IMG/VR virus record: IMGVR_UViG_2531839454_000016 | Direction: 5' to 3' (one strand) | From: a virus | Taxonomy: Duplodnaviria > Heunggongvirae > Uroviricota > Caudoviricetes | Length of the DNA stretch: 16,885 nt | In this document: positions 1 through 8,627 of the stretch, in pieces | Numbering within the stretch: the stretch's first letter is position 1 | Layout of the letters: each line of letters begins with the position of its first letter | Notes under the pieces: model-generated | Databases searched by the model: none | What the model was told of the DNA's origin: nothing | What the model saw: only the letters and a program-made list of their open reading frames with translations | Position numbers and translations under genes: made by a program

Positions 1-233
1 GCACATCCGATGGCAAGAGGCCCGAAGGTCCCCCTCTTTGGTCTTGCGACGTTATGCGGTATTAGCTACCGTTTCCAGTAGTTATCCCCCTCCATCAGGC
101 AGTTTCCCAGACATTACTCACCCGTCCGCCACTCGTCAGCGAAGCAGCAAGCTGCTTCCTGTTACCGTTCGACTTGCATGTGTTAGGCCTGCCGCCAGCG
201 TTCAATCTGAGCCATGATCAAACTCTTCAATTT
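1..233 (-). rRNA. rrsG: 16S ribosomal RNA, 5' portion only (gene continues past the window start); mature 5' end at about 233
   Basis: Reverse complement of 170-233 reads AAATTGAAGAGTTTGATCATGGCTCAGATTGAACGCTGGCGGCAGGCCTAACACATGCAAGTCGAACGG, the canonical enterobacterial 16S 5' end. The rrsG assignment is inferred from the adjacent clpB, as in E. coli K-12. Confidence 0.9.
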
Positions 234-357
234 AAAAGTTTGATGCTCAAAGAATTAAACTTCGTAATGAATTACGTGTTCACTCTTGAGACTTGGTATT
301 CATTTTTCGTCTTGCGACGTTAAGAATCCGTATCTTCGAGTGCCCACACAGATTGTC

Positions 358-378
358 TGATAAATTGTTAAAGAGCAG
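358..378 (-). promoter_or_regulatory. rrn leader boxA antitermination element
   Basis: Minus strand reads TGCTCTTTAACAATTTATCA, the rrn boxA consensus, between the promoters and the 16S 5' end. Confidence 0.75.
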
Positions 379-414
379 TGCCGCTTCGCTTTTTCTCAGC
401 GGCGCGGGGTGTGC

Positions 415-442
415 ATAATACGCTTTCCCGCTACAGAGTCAA
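415..442 (-). promoter_or_regulatory. rrn P2 promoter
   Basis: Minus strand reads TTGACTCTGTAGCGGGAAAGCGTATTATGCACACC, with -35 TTGACT (437-442) and -10 TATTAT (415-420); matches the recalled rrn P2 architecture. Confidence 0.7.
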
Positions 443-534
443 GCATTTATTTTTGCTTTCTCTGCCGGAATTCTCAGGAGAACCCCGCTGACCCGGCGGC
501 GTGTTTGCCGTTGTTCCGTGTCAGTGGTGGCGCA

Positions 535-590
535 TTATAGGGAGTTATTCCGGCCTGACAAGCGAAAAATATAAAAACTTTATCGTTCGC
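535..590 (-). promoter_or_regulatory. rrn P1 promoter with upstream A/T-rich UP element
   Basis: Minus strand reads TTGTCAGGCCGGAATAACTCCCTATAATGCGCCACCACTG, with -35 TTGTCA (556-561) and -10 TATAAT (535-540), preceded by an A/T-rich tract at 562-590. Confidence 0.75.
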
Positions 591-644
591 TCATTTTTCA
601 GGCAAAACATCTTAAATATAGTCTTTTCCGTCTAACTTATAGAC

Positions 645-672
645 AAAAACGAGCCCCGAAGGGCTCGTTTTA
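645..672 (-). terminator. Rho-independent terminator downstream of clpB (hairpin with A and T tracts on both sides, possibly bidirectional)
   Basis: AAAACGAGCCCC-GAA-GGGGCTCGTTTT inverted repeat immediately after the clpB stop at 677-679. Confidence 0.7.
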
Positions 673-676
673 TCAT

Positions 677-3250
677 TTACTGGACGGCGACAATCCGGTC
701 TTCATTAACTTCCAGGCGAATCACTTTACCCGGAACCAATTCACCAGACAGTATTTGCTGTGCCAGCGGGTTTTCGATCTGCTGCTGGATAGCACGTTTC
801 AAAGGACGTGCACCATAGACTGGATCGTAACCGTTCTCGCTCAGCAGTTTCAGCGCCTCGTCAGAAATGTGGATTTCATAACCACGTTCTTCCAGACGTT
901 TGTACAGACGTTTCAACTGAATCTGCGCAATCGAGGCAATGTGCTGTTCACCCAGCGGATGGAAGACCACCACTTCATCAATACGGTTAATGAATTCCGG
1001 ACGGAAGTTATGGCTTACCACACCGAGCACCAGCTCTTTCATGTGCGCATAATCCAGTTCACCGAAGCGTTCCTGAATCAAATCGGAACCGAGGTTAGAG
1101 GTCATAATGACAACCGTATTACGGAAGTCGACCGTTCTCCCCTGCCCGTCAGTCAGACGACCATCATCCAGTACCTGCAACAGAATGTTGAAGACATCCG
1201 GATGCGCTTTTTCCACTTCATCCAGCAGGATGACGGAATACGGACGACGACGCACAGCTTCGGTCAGGTAGCCACCTTCTTCATAACCGACATATCCCGG
1301 AGGCGCACCAACCAGACGAGACACCGAGTGTTTCTCCATAAACTCGGACATATCGATACGGACCATCGCCTCGTCGCTATCAAACATAAAGTTCGCCAGC
1401 GCCTTACAAAGCTCAGTTTTCCCCACACCCGTTGGGCCGAGGAACAGGAATGAACCAATCGGGCGATTTGGATCCGCCAACCCCGCACGGCTACGGCGAA
1501 TAGCGTTAGATACCGCATCAACCGCTTCGTTCTGACCAATGACGCGATGGTGCAGTTCTTGCTCCATACGCAGCAGTTTTTCGCGCTCGCTTTCCATCAT
1601 GCGAGAAACCGGAATCCCCGTCCAACGCGCCAGCACTTCAGCAATTTCGGCGTCGGTCACTTTATTACGCAACAGACGCATAGTTTTGCCTTCGAGCTGC
1701 GTTGCGGCTTCCAGTTGCTTTTCCAGTTCCGGGATTTTGCCGTATTGCAGTTCAGACATCCGCGCCAGGTCCCCCACACGGCGAGCCTGTTCAATAGCGA
1801 TTTTCGCCTGTTCCAGTTCCGCTTTAATGGTCTGCGTACCAGAAAGCGATGCCTTCTCTGCTTTCCACTCTTCTTCTAACTCGGAGTACTGACGTTCTTT
1901 GTCGCTCAGTTCTTCGTTGAGCATATCCAGGCGTTTTTTACTGGCTTCATCAGACTCTTTCATTAACGCCTGTTGTTCCAGTTTGAGCTGGATGATACGA
2001 CGATCGAGTCGGTCGAGTTCTTCTGGTTTTGAGTCAATCTGCATACGAATGCTGGATGCTGCTTCATCGATCAGGTCGATGGCTTTATCCGGCAGCTGAC
2101 GGTCAGCAATGTAGCGATGAGACAACGTCGCCGCTGCAACAATTGCCGGGTCAGTAATTTGCACATGGTGGTGCAATTCGTAACGTTCTTTCAGGCCACG
2201 CAGAATCGCAATGGTATCTTCAACAGAAGGCTCGGCAACAAACACTTTCTGGAAACGACGTTCCAGCGCAGCATCTTTTTCGATGTACTGGCGATATTCG
2301 TCAAGCGTCGTGGCACCTACGCAGTGCAATTCACCACGCGCCAGCGCCGGTTTCAGCATGTTTCCGGCGTCCATTGCGCCATCGGCTTTACCCGCGCCGA
2401 CCATGGTATGTAATTCGTCGATAAACAGGATGACGTTGCCTTCCTGTTTGGCAAGATCGTTAAGCACGCCTTTTAAACGTTCTTCAAACTCACCGCGATA
2501 TTTCGCCCCAGCCCCCAGCGCGCCCATATCCAGCGCCAGTACGCGGCGGCCTTTCAATCCTTCCGGCACTTCGCCGTTGATAATACGCTGCGCCAGACCT
2601 TCAACGATGGCAGTTTTACCGACGCCGGGTTCACCAATCAGTACCGGGTTATTTTTAGTACGACGTTGCAGCACCTGAATGGTACGGCGAATTTCTTCAT
2701 CACGACCAATCACCGGATCGAGTTTGCCCTGTTCGGCTCGTTCGGTAAGGTCGATGGTATATTTTTTCAAAGCCTGACGTTGGTCTTCAGCACCTTGATC
2801 GTTCACGCTTTCACCTCCACGCATTTGTTCAATCGCTTGAGTAATGTTGGCGGTGGTCGCCCCTGCTGCTTTCAGGATGTCGGCCAGCGTGCCGCGAGAC
2901 TCAAGTGCCGCCAGAACGAACAGTTCTGACGAGATAAAGTTATCACCACGTTTTTGCGCCAGCTTGTCGCAAAGATTAAGAACGCGCACCAGATCCTGTG
3001 ATGGCTGGACATCACCACCAGTACCTTCAACCTGCGGTAAACGATTTAATGCCTGATTGATATCTGTGCGCAACTGGCCAGCATTTATGCCAGCGGATGT
3101 TAATAAAGGACTAACCGAACCCCCTTCCTGATTCAGCAGGGCGCTCATTAAATGAAGTGGTTCGATAAATTGGTTGTCGTGCCCGAGTGCAAGTGATTGG
3201 GCATCGGCAAGAGCAAGCTGGAATTTATTAGTAAGACGATCCAGACGCAT
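677..3250 (-). CDS. clpB: ClpB disaggregase (Hsp100 AAA+ chaperone), 857 aa
   Basis: ORF 677..3262; translation from [20 protein letters not shown] to NEDRIVAVQ matches ClpB, with two AAA+ modules (GEPGVGKT and GPTGVGKT Walker A) and a coiled-coil middle domain. Start placed at the MRLDR ATG, preceded by GGGAGGAG. Confidence 0.95.
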   Translation of the reverse strand: MRLDRLTNKFQLALADAQSLALGHDNQFIEPLHLMSALLNQEGGSVSPLLTSAGINAGQLRTDINQALNRLPQVEGTGGDVQPSQDLVRVLNLCDKLAQKRGDNFISSELFVLAALESRGTLADILKAAGATTANITQAIEQMRGGESVNDQGAEDQRQALKKYTIDLTERAEQGKLDPVIGRDEEIRRTIQVLQRRTKNNPVLIGEPGVGKTAIVEGLAQRIINGEVPEGLKGRRVLALDMGALGAGAKYRGEFEERLKGVLNDLAKQEGNVILFIDELHTMVGAGKADGAMDAGNMLKPALARGELHCVGATTLDEYRQYIEKDAALERRFQKVFVAEPSVEDTIAILRGLKERYELHHHVQITDPAIVAAATLSHRYIADRQLPDKAIDLIDEAASSIRMQIDSKPEELDRLDRRIIQLKLEQQALMKESDEASKKRLDMLNEELSDKERQYSELEEEWKAEKASLSGTQTIKAELEQAKIAIEQARRVGDLARMSELQYGKIPELEKQLEAATQLEGKTMRLLRNKVTDAEIAEVLARWTGIPVSRMMESEREKLLRMEQELHHRVIGQNEAVDAVSNAIRRSRAGLADPNRPIGSFLFLGPTGVGKTELCKALANFMFDSDEAMVRIDMSEFMEKHSVSRLVGAPPGYVGYEEGGYLTEAVRRRPYSVILLDEVEKAHPDVFNILLQVLDDGRLTDGQGRTVDFRNTVVIMTSNLGSDLIQERFGELDYAHMKELVLGVVSHNFRPEFINRIDEVVVFHPLGEQHIASIAQIQLKRLYKRLEERGYEIHISDEALKLLSENGYDPVYGARPLKRAIQQQIENPLAQQILSGELVPGKVIRLEVNEDRIVAVQ

Positions 3251-3287
3251 AACTCCTCCCATAACGGATCAAAGTTGCTACTGGAGA

Positions 3288-3320
3288 TTAAATGAGGTCA
3301 TCCCTCAATTATTCAAGGTT
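3288..3320 (-). promoter_or_regulatory. Putative sigma32 heat-shock promoter of clpB
   Basis: Minus strand reads CTTGAATAATTGAGGGATGACCTCATTTAATC, with CTTGAA as -35 and CCTCATTTA as a sigma32-like -10 about 14 nt downstream. Confidence 0.55.
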
Positions 3321-3379
3321 ATTGACCAGATTAATGTGAAAAGAAAATCACGCGTACCGGATCGTCTTGATTCTTTAGG

Positions 3380-4111
3380 TTATATCAGCCAAATGAAACT
3401 TGCCATACGACCGGTGGTCTTGTCGCGACGATAAGAGAAGAAAGTCTCATTTTCCGTATATGTACAACGGTCGCCGCCGAAAATTTGCTCAACACCCACG
3501 TTCGCCAGACGCTGCCGGGCAAGCTGATAAATATCCGCCAGATACTTATCACCATGCTGAATGAAAGCTGCACTTGCTTTAGCGTCTACTGCCATAAACG
3601 CCTCGCGAACCTCCACCCCCACTTCGAACGCGCGTGGACCAATTGCCGGCCCTAACCAGGCGAGAATATTTTCCGGATTATCAGCAAAACAGGAAACCGT
3701 CTCTTCCAGCACGCCTGCGCACAGTCCACGCCAGCCAGCATGAGCGGCGGCGACTTCCGTTCCCGCTCGATTGCAAAACAGCACAGGGAGGCAGTCGGCA
3801 GTCATCACTGCGCAAACCGTGCCGGGCGTATTGCTATAAGAGGCATCTGCTCGTTTTGAGGCATAAGGTTCGCCAGTAAGCTTAAGCACATCTTTGCCGT
3901 GTACCTGCTCAAGCCAGACCGGTTTAGAAGGCAAATTGCCCGCAGCAAAAAGTCGCTTGCGATTCTCCTCAACGTGATCCGGGTTATCGCCACAATGGGC
4001 ACCGAGGTTGAGCGAGTCATACGGGGGCAAGCTCACGCCGCCGATACGAGAAGAGCTACAGGCCGCAACACCTTTTGGTAGCGGCCACTGCGGGACAATC
4101 AGCTTACTCAT
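3380..4111 (-). CDS. pgeF: PgeF/YfiH family protein (purine nucleoside phosphorylase / peptidoglycan editing factor), 243 aa
   Basis: ORF 3380..4111; length and gene order (clpB-yfiH-rluD) match enterobacterial yfiH; overlaps rluD by 4 nt (ATGA). Confidence 0.88.
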   Translation of the reverse strand: MSKLIVPQWPLPKGVAACSSSRIGGVSLPPYDSLNLGAHCGDNPDHVEENRKRLFAAGNLPSKPVWLEQVHGKDVLKLTGEPYASKRADASYSNTPGTVCAVMTADCLPVLFCNRAGTEVAAAHAGWRGLCAGVLEETVSCFADNPENILAWLGPAIGPRAFEVGVEVREAFMAVDAKASAAFIQHGDKYLADIYQLARQRLANVGVEQIFGGDRCTYTENETFFSYRRDKTTGRMASFIWLI

Positions 4112-5088
4112 AACCAGTCCACTTCATCCTTATGCTCTTCGAAATCGGCGCGCATCACCTCAATCAGCTCCACCATATCTTGTGGAATAGGCGCATGCCA
4201 TTCCATTTCGATGCCGGAGATCGGGTGATAAAGACGCAGCATGGTTGCATGAAGCGCCTGGCGGTCAAACTTACGCAGCATGGAGATAAATGCTTCCGAA
4301 GCACCTTTTGGCGGACGCGGACGGCCACCATAAACCGGATCGCCCACCAGCGGATGAGTGATATGGGCCATATGCACGCGGATCTGGTGCGTACGTCCAG
4401 TTTCCAGACGCAACCGCAGACGCGTGTGCACACGGAAGTGTTCCATGATGCGATAGTGAGTCACCGCCGGTTTGCCCATCGGATGCACCGCCATGTGAGT
4501 ACGTTTGGTCGGGTGGCGGCTGATGGGTTCATCTACTGTACCGCCAGCGGTCATATGACCAATCGCCACCGCTTCATACTCACGAGTAATTTCACGCCGT
4601 TGCAAAGATTCGACTAAACGCGTCTGAGCCGGAACGGTTTTTGCCACAACCATCAGGCCAGTGGTGTCTTTATCCAGACGATGGACGATGCCCGCACGTG
4701 GTACATCGGCAATGGGCGGATAGTAATGAAGCAACGCATTCAGTACCGTGCCATCCGGGTTACCCGCGCCAGGATGTACCACCAGGTCGCGCGGTTTATT
4801 AATGACGATGATATCTTCATCTTCATAGACGATATCCAGCGGGATATCCTGCGGTTCAAAACGCGCTTCTTCTTCAATCTCAGCGTTGATGGCAACCTGC
4901 TCGCCACCCAATACTTTTTCTTTCGGCTTATCACAAACTTTGCCGTTTACCAGCACGCGCTGGTCGAGGATCCATTCTTTTATTCGCGAACGTGAATAAT
5001 CCGGGAACATTTCGGCCAAAGCCTGATCTAAGCGTTGACCGAGTTGGTTTTCGGACACCGTTGCAGTGAGCTGTACTCGTTGTGCCAT
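4108..5088 (-). CDS. rluD: 23S rRNA pseudouridine synthase RluD, 326 aa
   Basis: ORF 4108..5088; RluA-family pseudouridine synthase core motif HRLDKDTTGLMVVAK with an N-terminal S4-like domain; position divergent from bamD as in E. coli. Confidence 0.9.
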   Translation of the reverse strand: MAQRVQLTATVSENQLGQRLDQALAEMFPDYSRSRIKEWILDQRVLVNGKVCDKPKEKVLGGEQVAINAEIEEEARFEPQDIPLDIVYEDEDIIVINKPRDLVVHPGAGNPDGTVLNALLHYYPPIADVPRAGIVHRLDKDTTGLMVVAKTVPAQTRLVESLQRREITREYEAVAIGHMTAGGTVDEPISRHPTKRTHMAVHPMGKPAVTHYRIMEHFRVHTRLRLRLETGRTHQIRVHMAHITHPLVGDPVYGGRPRPPKGASEAFISMLRKFDRQALHATMLRLYHPISGIEMEWHAPIPQDMVELIEVMRADFEEHKDEVDWL

Positions 5089-5222
5089 ATATACTGCTTC
5101 TTCGTTTATCGTTGGGGTTTTACGGCTTTGCCGTTTAATATAGTGTGCTATTGTAGCTGGTCTTAACCGGGAGCAGGAACAGAGAATCTCCCGTATTACA
5201 TTTTGAGGAAAGTCAAAACGTC

Positions 5223-5960
5223 ATGACGCGCATGAAATATCTGGTGGCAGCCGCCACACTAAGCCTGTTTTTGGCGGGTTGCTCGGGGTCAAAGGAAGAA
5301 GTACCTGATAATCCGCCAAATGAAATTTACGCGACTGCACAACAAAAGCTGCAGGACGGTAACTGGAGACAGGCAATAACGCAACTGGAAGCGTTAGATA
5401 ATCGCTATCCGTTTGGTCCGTATTCGCAGCAGGTGCAGCTGGATCTCATCTACGCCTACTATAAAAACGCCGATTTGCCGTTAGCGCAGGCTGCCATCGA
5501 TCGTTTTATTCGCCTTAACCCGACCCATCCGAATATCGATTATGTCATGTACATGCGTGGCCTGACCAATATGGCGCTGGATGACAGTGCGCTGCAAGGG
5601 TTCTTTGGCGTTGACCGTAGCGATCGCGATCCTCAACATGCACGAGCTGCGTTTAGTGACTTTTCCAAACTGGTACGCGGCTATCCAAACAGTCAGTACA
5701 CCACCGATGCCACCAAACGTCTGGTATTCCTGAAAGATCGTCTGGCGAAATATGAATACTCCGTGGCCGAGTACTATACAGAACGTGGCGCATGGGTTGC
5801 CGTCGTTAACCGCGTAGAAGGAATGTTGCGCGACTACCCGGATACCCAGGCTACGCGTGATGCGCTGCCGCTGATGGAAAATGCATACCGTCAGATGCAG
5901 ATGAATGCGCAAGCTGAAAAAGTAGCGAAAATCATCGCCGCAAACAGCAGCAATACATAA
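5223..5960 (+). CDS. bamD: Outer membrane protein assembly factor BamD (lipoprotein, TPR-like), 245 aa
   Basis: ORF 5223..5960; signal peptide with lipobox LAGC ([22 protein letters not shown]); matches BamD/YfiO. Confidence 0.92.
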
Positions 5961-5977
5961 CAGAAACCTGAAATACA

Positions 5978-6010
5978 AAACGGCAGCCCTTGAGCTGCCG
6001 TTTTTTTATT
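5978..6010 (+). terminator. Rho-independent terminator after bamD
   Basis: AAAACGGCAGC-CCTTGA-GCTGCCGTTTTTTTATT hairpin plus T tract. Confidence 0.75.
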
Positions 6011-6130
6011 CTGTTAGTTGTGAAACTGAAGCGATTTAGTCACTATCGATCTCATCAAATATGGCTCGCTTTGAGATATTCCTCAAGTAAAAAAACACCT
6101 CTTCCTGCGATTTCTCACAAAAAAGATTCG

Positions 6131-6160
6131 TTGACAAAAAGTGACAAAATTATGAGATTC
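6131..6160 (+). promoter_or_regulatory. Candidate raiA promoter (-35 TTGACA)
   Basis: TTGACAAAAAGTGACAAAATTATGAGATTC about 70 nt upstream of the raiA ATG; the -10 assignment is ambiguous. Confidence 0.35.
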
Positions 6161-6176
6161 CCATCACACATTTTGA

Positions 6177-6572
<396 letters not shown>

Positions 6573-6595
6573 TCCTTTATATTGAGTGTATCGCC

Positions 6596-6620
6596 AACGC
6601 GCCTTCGGGCGCGTTTTTTG
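6596..6620 (+). terminator. Rho-independent terminator after raiA
   Basis: AACGCGCC-TTCG-GGCGCGTT followed by TTTTTG. Confidence 0.75.
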
Positions 6621-6696
6621 TAAAGCTAACAAATTGTTTCTATTAGCTTATTTCTTATAAACATCCACAAACTGTCCACATCAGTAATGATATACA

Positions 6697-6722
6697 AGCC
6701 CGCAAAAAATGCGGGCTTTGTC
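6697..6722 (-). terminator. Terminator hairpin downstream of the methyltransferase gene
   Basis: AGCCCGC-AAAAAAT-GCGGGCT hairpin directly after the stop at 6723; T-rich on the minus-strand transcript. Confidence 0.6.
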
Positions 6723-7529
6723 TTATGTAGCCGAAATGGTTGTGGTAATAGTCCCCCGAAGCCGCTGCGCTGCTACCTCAAAATAATGATCACTGGTTTC
6801 TATACCAATAAATTTTCGCCCTGCTTTCAGTGCAGCCACACCCGTTGTCCCTGACCCCATAAAAGGATCAAGGACTGTTCCGCCACTATTCACAGTCCTG
6901 ACCAGTTCCGCCATTAGTTCTTCTGGTTTTCCGGTCGGGTGCATTTTCTTTGACGGGATAACCGGGTACGTCATGCAGCCGTCGAACGGCCCCGAAGGCG
7001 ATTTATCTAAATGGCCTTTGCTGCCCCAGACGATGTATTCACACTGATGCCTGAAATACCCCGTATGGGGTGTTCGTGACCCCCTCCCCTTGTTCCACGC
7101 AATGATGCCGCGCCATGTAAAGCCGCTGGCCTGAAACGCATCGGTTAAAGCTGGTAGTTGTCGCCAGTCAGTAAATACCAGGGCATAACCGCCCGGCCTG
7201 ACTGCGCGGTGTGCCTGTGCCATCCATAATTGTGTCCAGTAAGCCCACGAACGGGCGTCCATGTTTTCACCCGCGAACCCATCAAAGCGGTGAAGGTTCT
7301 CGCTGTTCAGATATTTTGCATGGCTGCCCTGGTTGGTGCGTCCGGCTTTGTGTGTCGCCCCCGAACTGTAAGGCGGGTCAGTGATTAAGGCATCAATGCT
7401 TTCTGGCTCAATCAGCGGCAATATTTCCAGCGCATTCCCACGACAGAGCGTGGCATTGTCAGTCTGATAAACCTTAGTGTGTTCCGGTGTATGTGCTGGT
7501 TGGTGCTGGATTGCGATCCCCACGGTCAT
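6723..7529 (-). CDS. DNA methyltransferase, amino-methyltransferase type (N6-adenine or N4-cytosine), 268 aa
   Basis: ORF 6723..7529; DPPY catalytic motif near the N-terminus (LITDPPYSSG) and AdoMet-binding FxGxG near the C-terminus (DPFMGSGTTG); ATG preceded by SD GAGGAG. Confidence 0.8.
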   Translation of the reverse strand: MTVGIAIQHQPAHTPEHTKVYQTDNATLCRGNALEILPLIEPESIDALITDPPYSSGATHKAGRTNQGSHAKYLNSENLHRFDGFAGENMDARSWAYWTQLWMAQAHRAVRPGGYALVFTDWRQLPALTDAFQASGFTWRGIIAWNKGRGSRTPHTGYFRHQCEYIVWGSKGHLDKSPSGPFDGCMTYPVIPSKKMHPTGKPEELMAELVRTVNSGGTVLDPFMGSGTTGVAALKAGRKFIGIETSDHYFEVAAQRLRGTITTTISAT

Positions 7530-7671
7530 AACTCCTCATGTGTGTGGGGTGCTCGATGGCTCTCGTTATCTGGTTAAGTGTTTTGCAGCGCGGACATTTT
7601 ATTTCAATGTAGTGAAATGAGGCGCGGGCAAGTAGTTTGTTGCAATTTTTGCATCGTACATTTTGCGTCAT
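7474..7671 (-). CDS. Com-like zinc-finger protein (phage Mu Com family translational activator), about 65 aa
   Basis: ORF 7474..7680; RCKNCNKLLA...HYIEIKCPRCKTLNQI closely resembles Mu Com (C-x2-C...C-x2-C). Its 3' end overlaps the methyltransferase start by 56 nt. ATG at 7671 preceded by AAGAGG; alternative GTG start at 7680. Confidence 0.7.
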   Translation of the reverse strand: MTQNVRCKNCNKLLARASFHYIEIKCPRCKTLNQITRAIEHPTHMRSYDRGDRNPAPTSTYTGTH

Positions 7672-7710
7672 TTGCGGCACCTCTTGTGTGGTTACTGCTG
7701 CCGATATGAT

Positions 7711-7760
7711 AACAAATCGATCGCTTTTATCGATCGGATTTATTGCATCGATCTGTTATG
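7711..7760 (-). promoter_or_regulatory. Cluster of three GATC (Dam) sites in repeated TCGATC motifs upstream of com; candidate methylation-sensitive operator/promoter
   Basis: GATC at 7719-7722, 7732-7735 and 7750-7753 within 35 bp, each inside TCGATCG/TCGATCT, 40-80 bp upstream of the com start. Confidence 0.45.
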
Positions 7761-7810
7761 CCTATTACTTATGAATGGTGTTACCCTCATTTATGAGGGC
7801 AACAAAAAGA

Positions 7811-7838
7811 AAACCCGCAGTTTTTACGCTGCGGGTTT
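7811..7838 (-). terminator. Rho-independent terminator after the zinc-ribbon/TM2 gene
   Basis: Minus transcript reads ACCCGCAG-CGTAAAAA-CTGCGGGT followed by TTTCTTTTTGTTG. Confidence 0.7.
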
Positions 7839-7863
7839 GTCATTCTGATTCGCCCACTAGGCA

Positions 7864-8160
7864 TTAGCCATATTTGCGGGCAAAGTCTTCATCAGAGGTG
7901 CATAGATAGATAAAAAACTCAATAAATGCCACGATTGCCGGAATGAATGTCCAGCAAAAAATAAGGTAAAGGAATCCTTGCCCCACTTTACCTAAATAAA
8001 ATTTGTGTGCACCAAGACCACCTAAAAAGAAAGCCAGTAGTGCGGCTGTCATTCTGCTTTTTGAACTTGCTGTTCTTTGAGGTGCTCCACAATTGGGGCA
8101 GGATGTGGCATCTTTATGTATTTCCTTGCCGCATCCGCGACAAAATACCATTTCACTCAT
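7864..8160 (-). CDS. Small membrane protein with N-terminal zinc ribbon and C-terminal TM2 domain, 98 aa, function unknown
   Basis: ORF 7864..8160; CRGCGKEIHKDATSCPNCG zinc ribbon; TM2 signature LLAFFLGGLGAHKFYLGKVGQGFLYL with two predicted TM helices; SD AAGGAA upstream. Confidence 0.7.
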   Translation of the reverse strand: MSEMVFCRGCGKEIHKDATSCPNCGAPQRTASSKSRMTAALLAFFLGGLGAHKFYLGKVGQGFLYLIFCWTFIPAIVAFIEFFIYLCTSDEDFARKYG

Positions 8161-8295
8161 AAAGAGTTCCTTTCAAATTTAAATAAGCGTTAAGCCCACC
8201 ACTCTTACTGGTGGGCCTCAATTTAAATTTGGGTGCCACTTCGACCATACCCTGGCAACCGATTGACGGGGGATTGCTCCCCCGTCGCGGTTTCC

Positions 8296-8436
8296 TTACT
8301 GCTTACACTGTAAGAACGCCGCAAACTCCGCTCCCCAGAAGCTCATCCGTATTTCACACAGCGAACCGTGCAGCATCCAGATGATGAGGATTACCGTCAC
8401 GCAGAACGTGATGGCCGTAAGCGATTTTTGCGACAT
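8296..8436 (-). CDS. Hok/Gef-family small membrane toxin homologue, 46 aa
   Basis: Hand translation of the minus strand gives MSQKSLTAITFCVTVILIIWMLHGSLCEIRMSFWGAEFAAFLQCKQ: a hydrophobic TM helix followed by the Hok signature SLCEIR...E.AAFL.CK. SD AAGGAG lies 8 nt upstream. Below the 60-aa cut-off of the ORF track. Confidence 0.75.
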   Translation of the reverse strand: MSQKSLTAITFCVTVILIIWMLHGSLCEIRMSFWGAEFAAFLQCKQ

Positions 8437-8627
8437 AGCGCTTGCTCCTTTGTTGGAGAGGCGCTAACCTATCACTTGCTTAAGGTAGATATGTTAGGGC
8501 CTCGGTTAAACAGAAATGTTTTCCGGGGCCTTTCCACATCTGGCCTTCGGGTATTCCCTCCGACCATCAGCCGAAAGGCACCCGCGCGTAATCTATCGCT
8601 TTTTTGTTACTCCGGCAATTCTGCCTG

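Noticed and set aside
755-3056. Multiple plus-strand ORFs of 60-232 aa (e.g. 755..1453, 2211..2678) inside the clpB region
   Set aside because: They are antisense shadow ORFs within a confidently identified ClpB coding sequence; translations are low-complexity with no recognisable motifs and no SD.
5481-5978. Minus-strand 165-aa ORF antisense to bamD, and similar antisense ORFs over raiA (6150..6632, 6179..6544)
   Set aside because: They fully overlap well-supported housekeeping genes on the opposite strand, with no start context and no recognisable domains.
6600-6730. Possible tRNA or tmRNA integration target at the prophage junction
   Set aside because: No cloverleaf-like structure or conserved tRNA T-loop (GTTCGAATC-type) sequence is evident between raiA and the phage genes.
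7663-7848. Plus-strand 61-aa ORF in the com upstream region
   Set aside because: It lies across the GATC cluster and the minus-strand terminator, has no SD and is better explained as a regulatory region.
8437-8627. Search for an overlapping mok-like reading frame and a Sok promoter upstream of the Hok-like gene
   Set aside because: No start-codon-containing frame overlaps the hok start, and no convincing -35/-10 pair for an antisense RNA was found by eye, so neither is annotated; the possibility is left as a finding.
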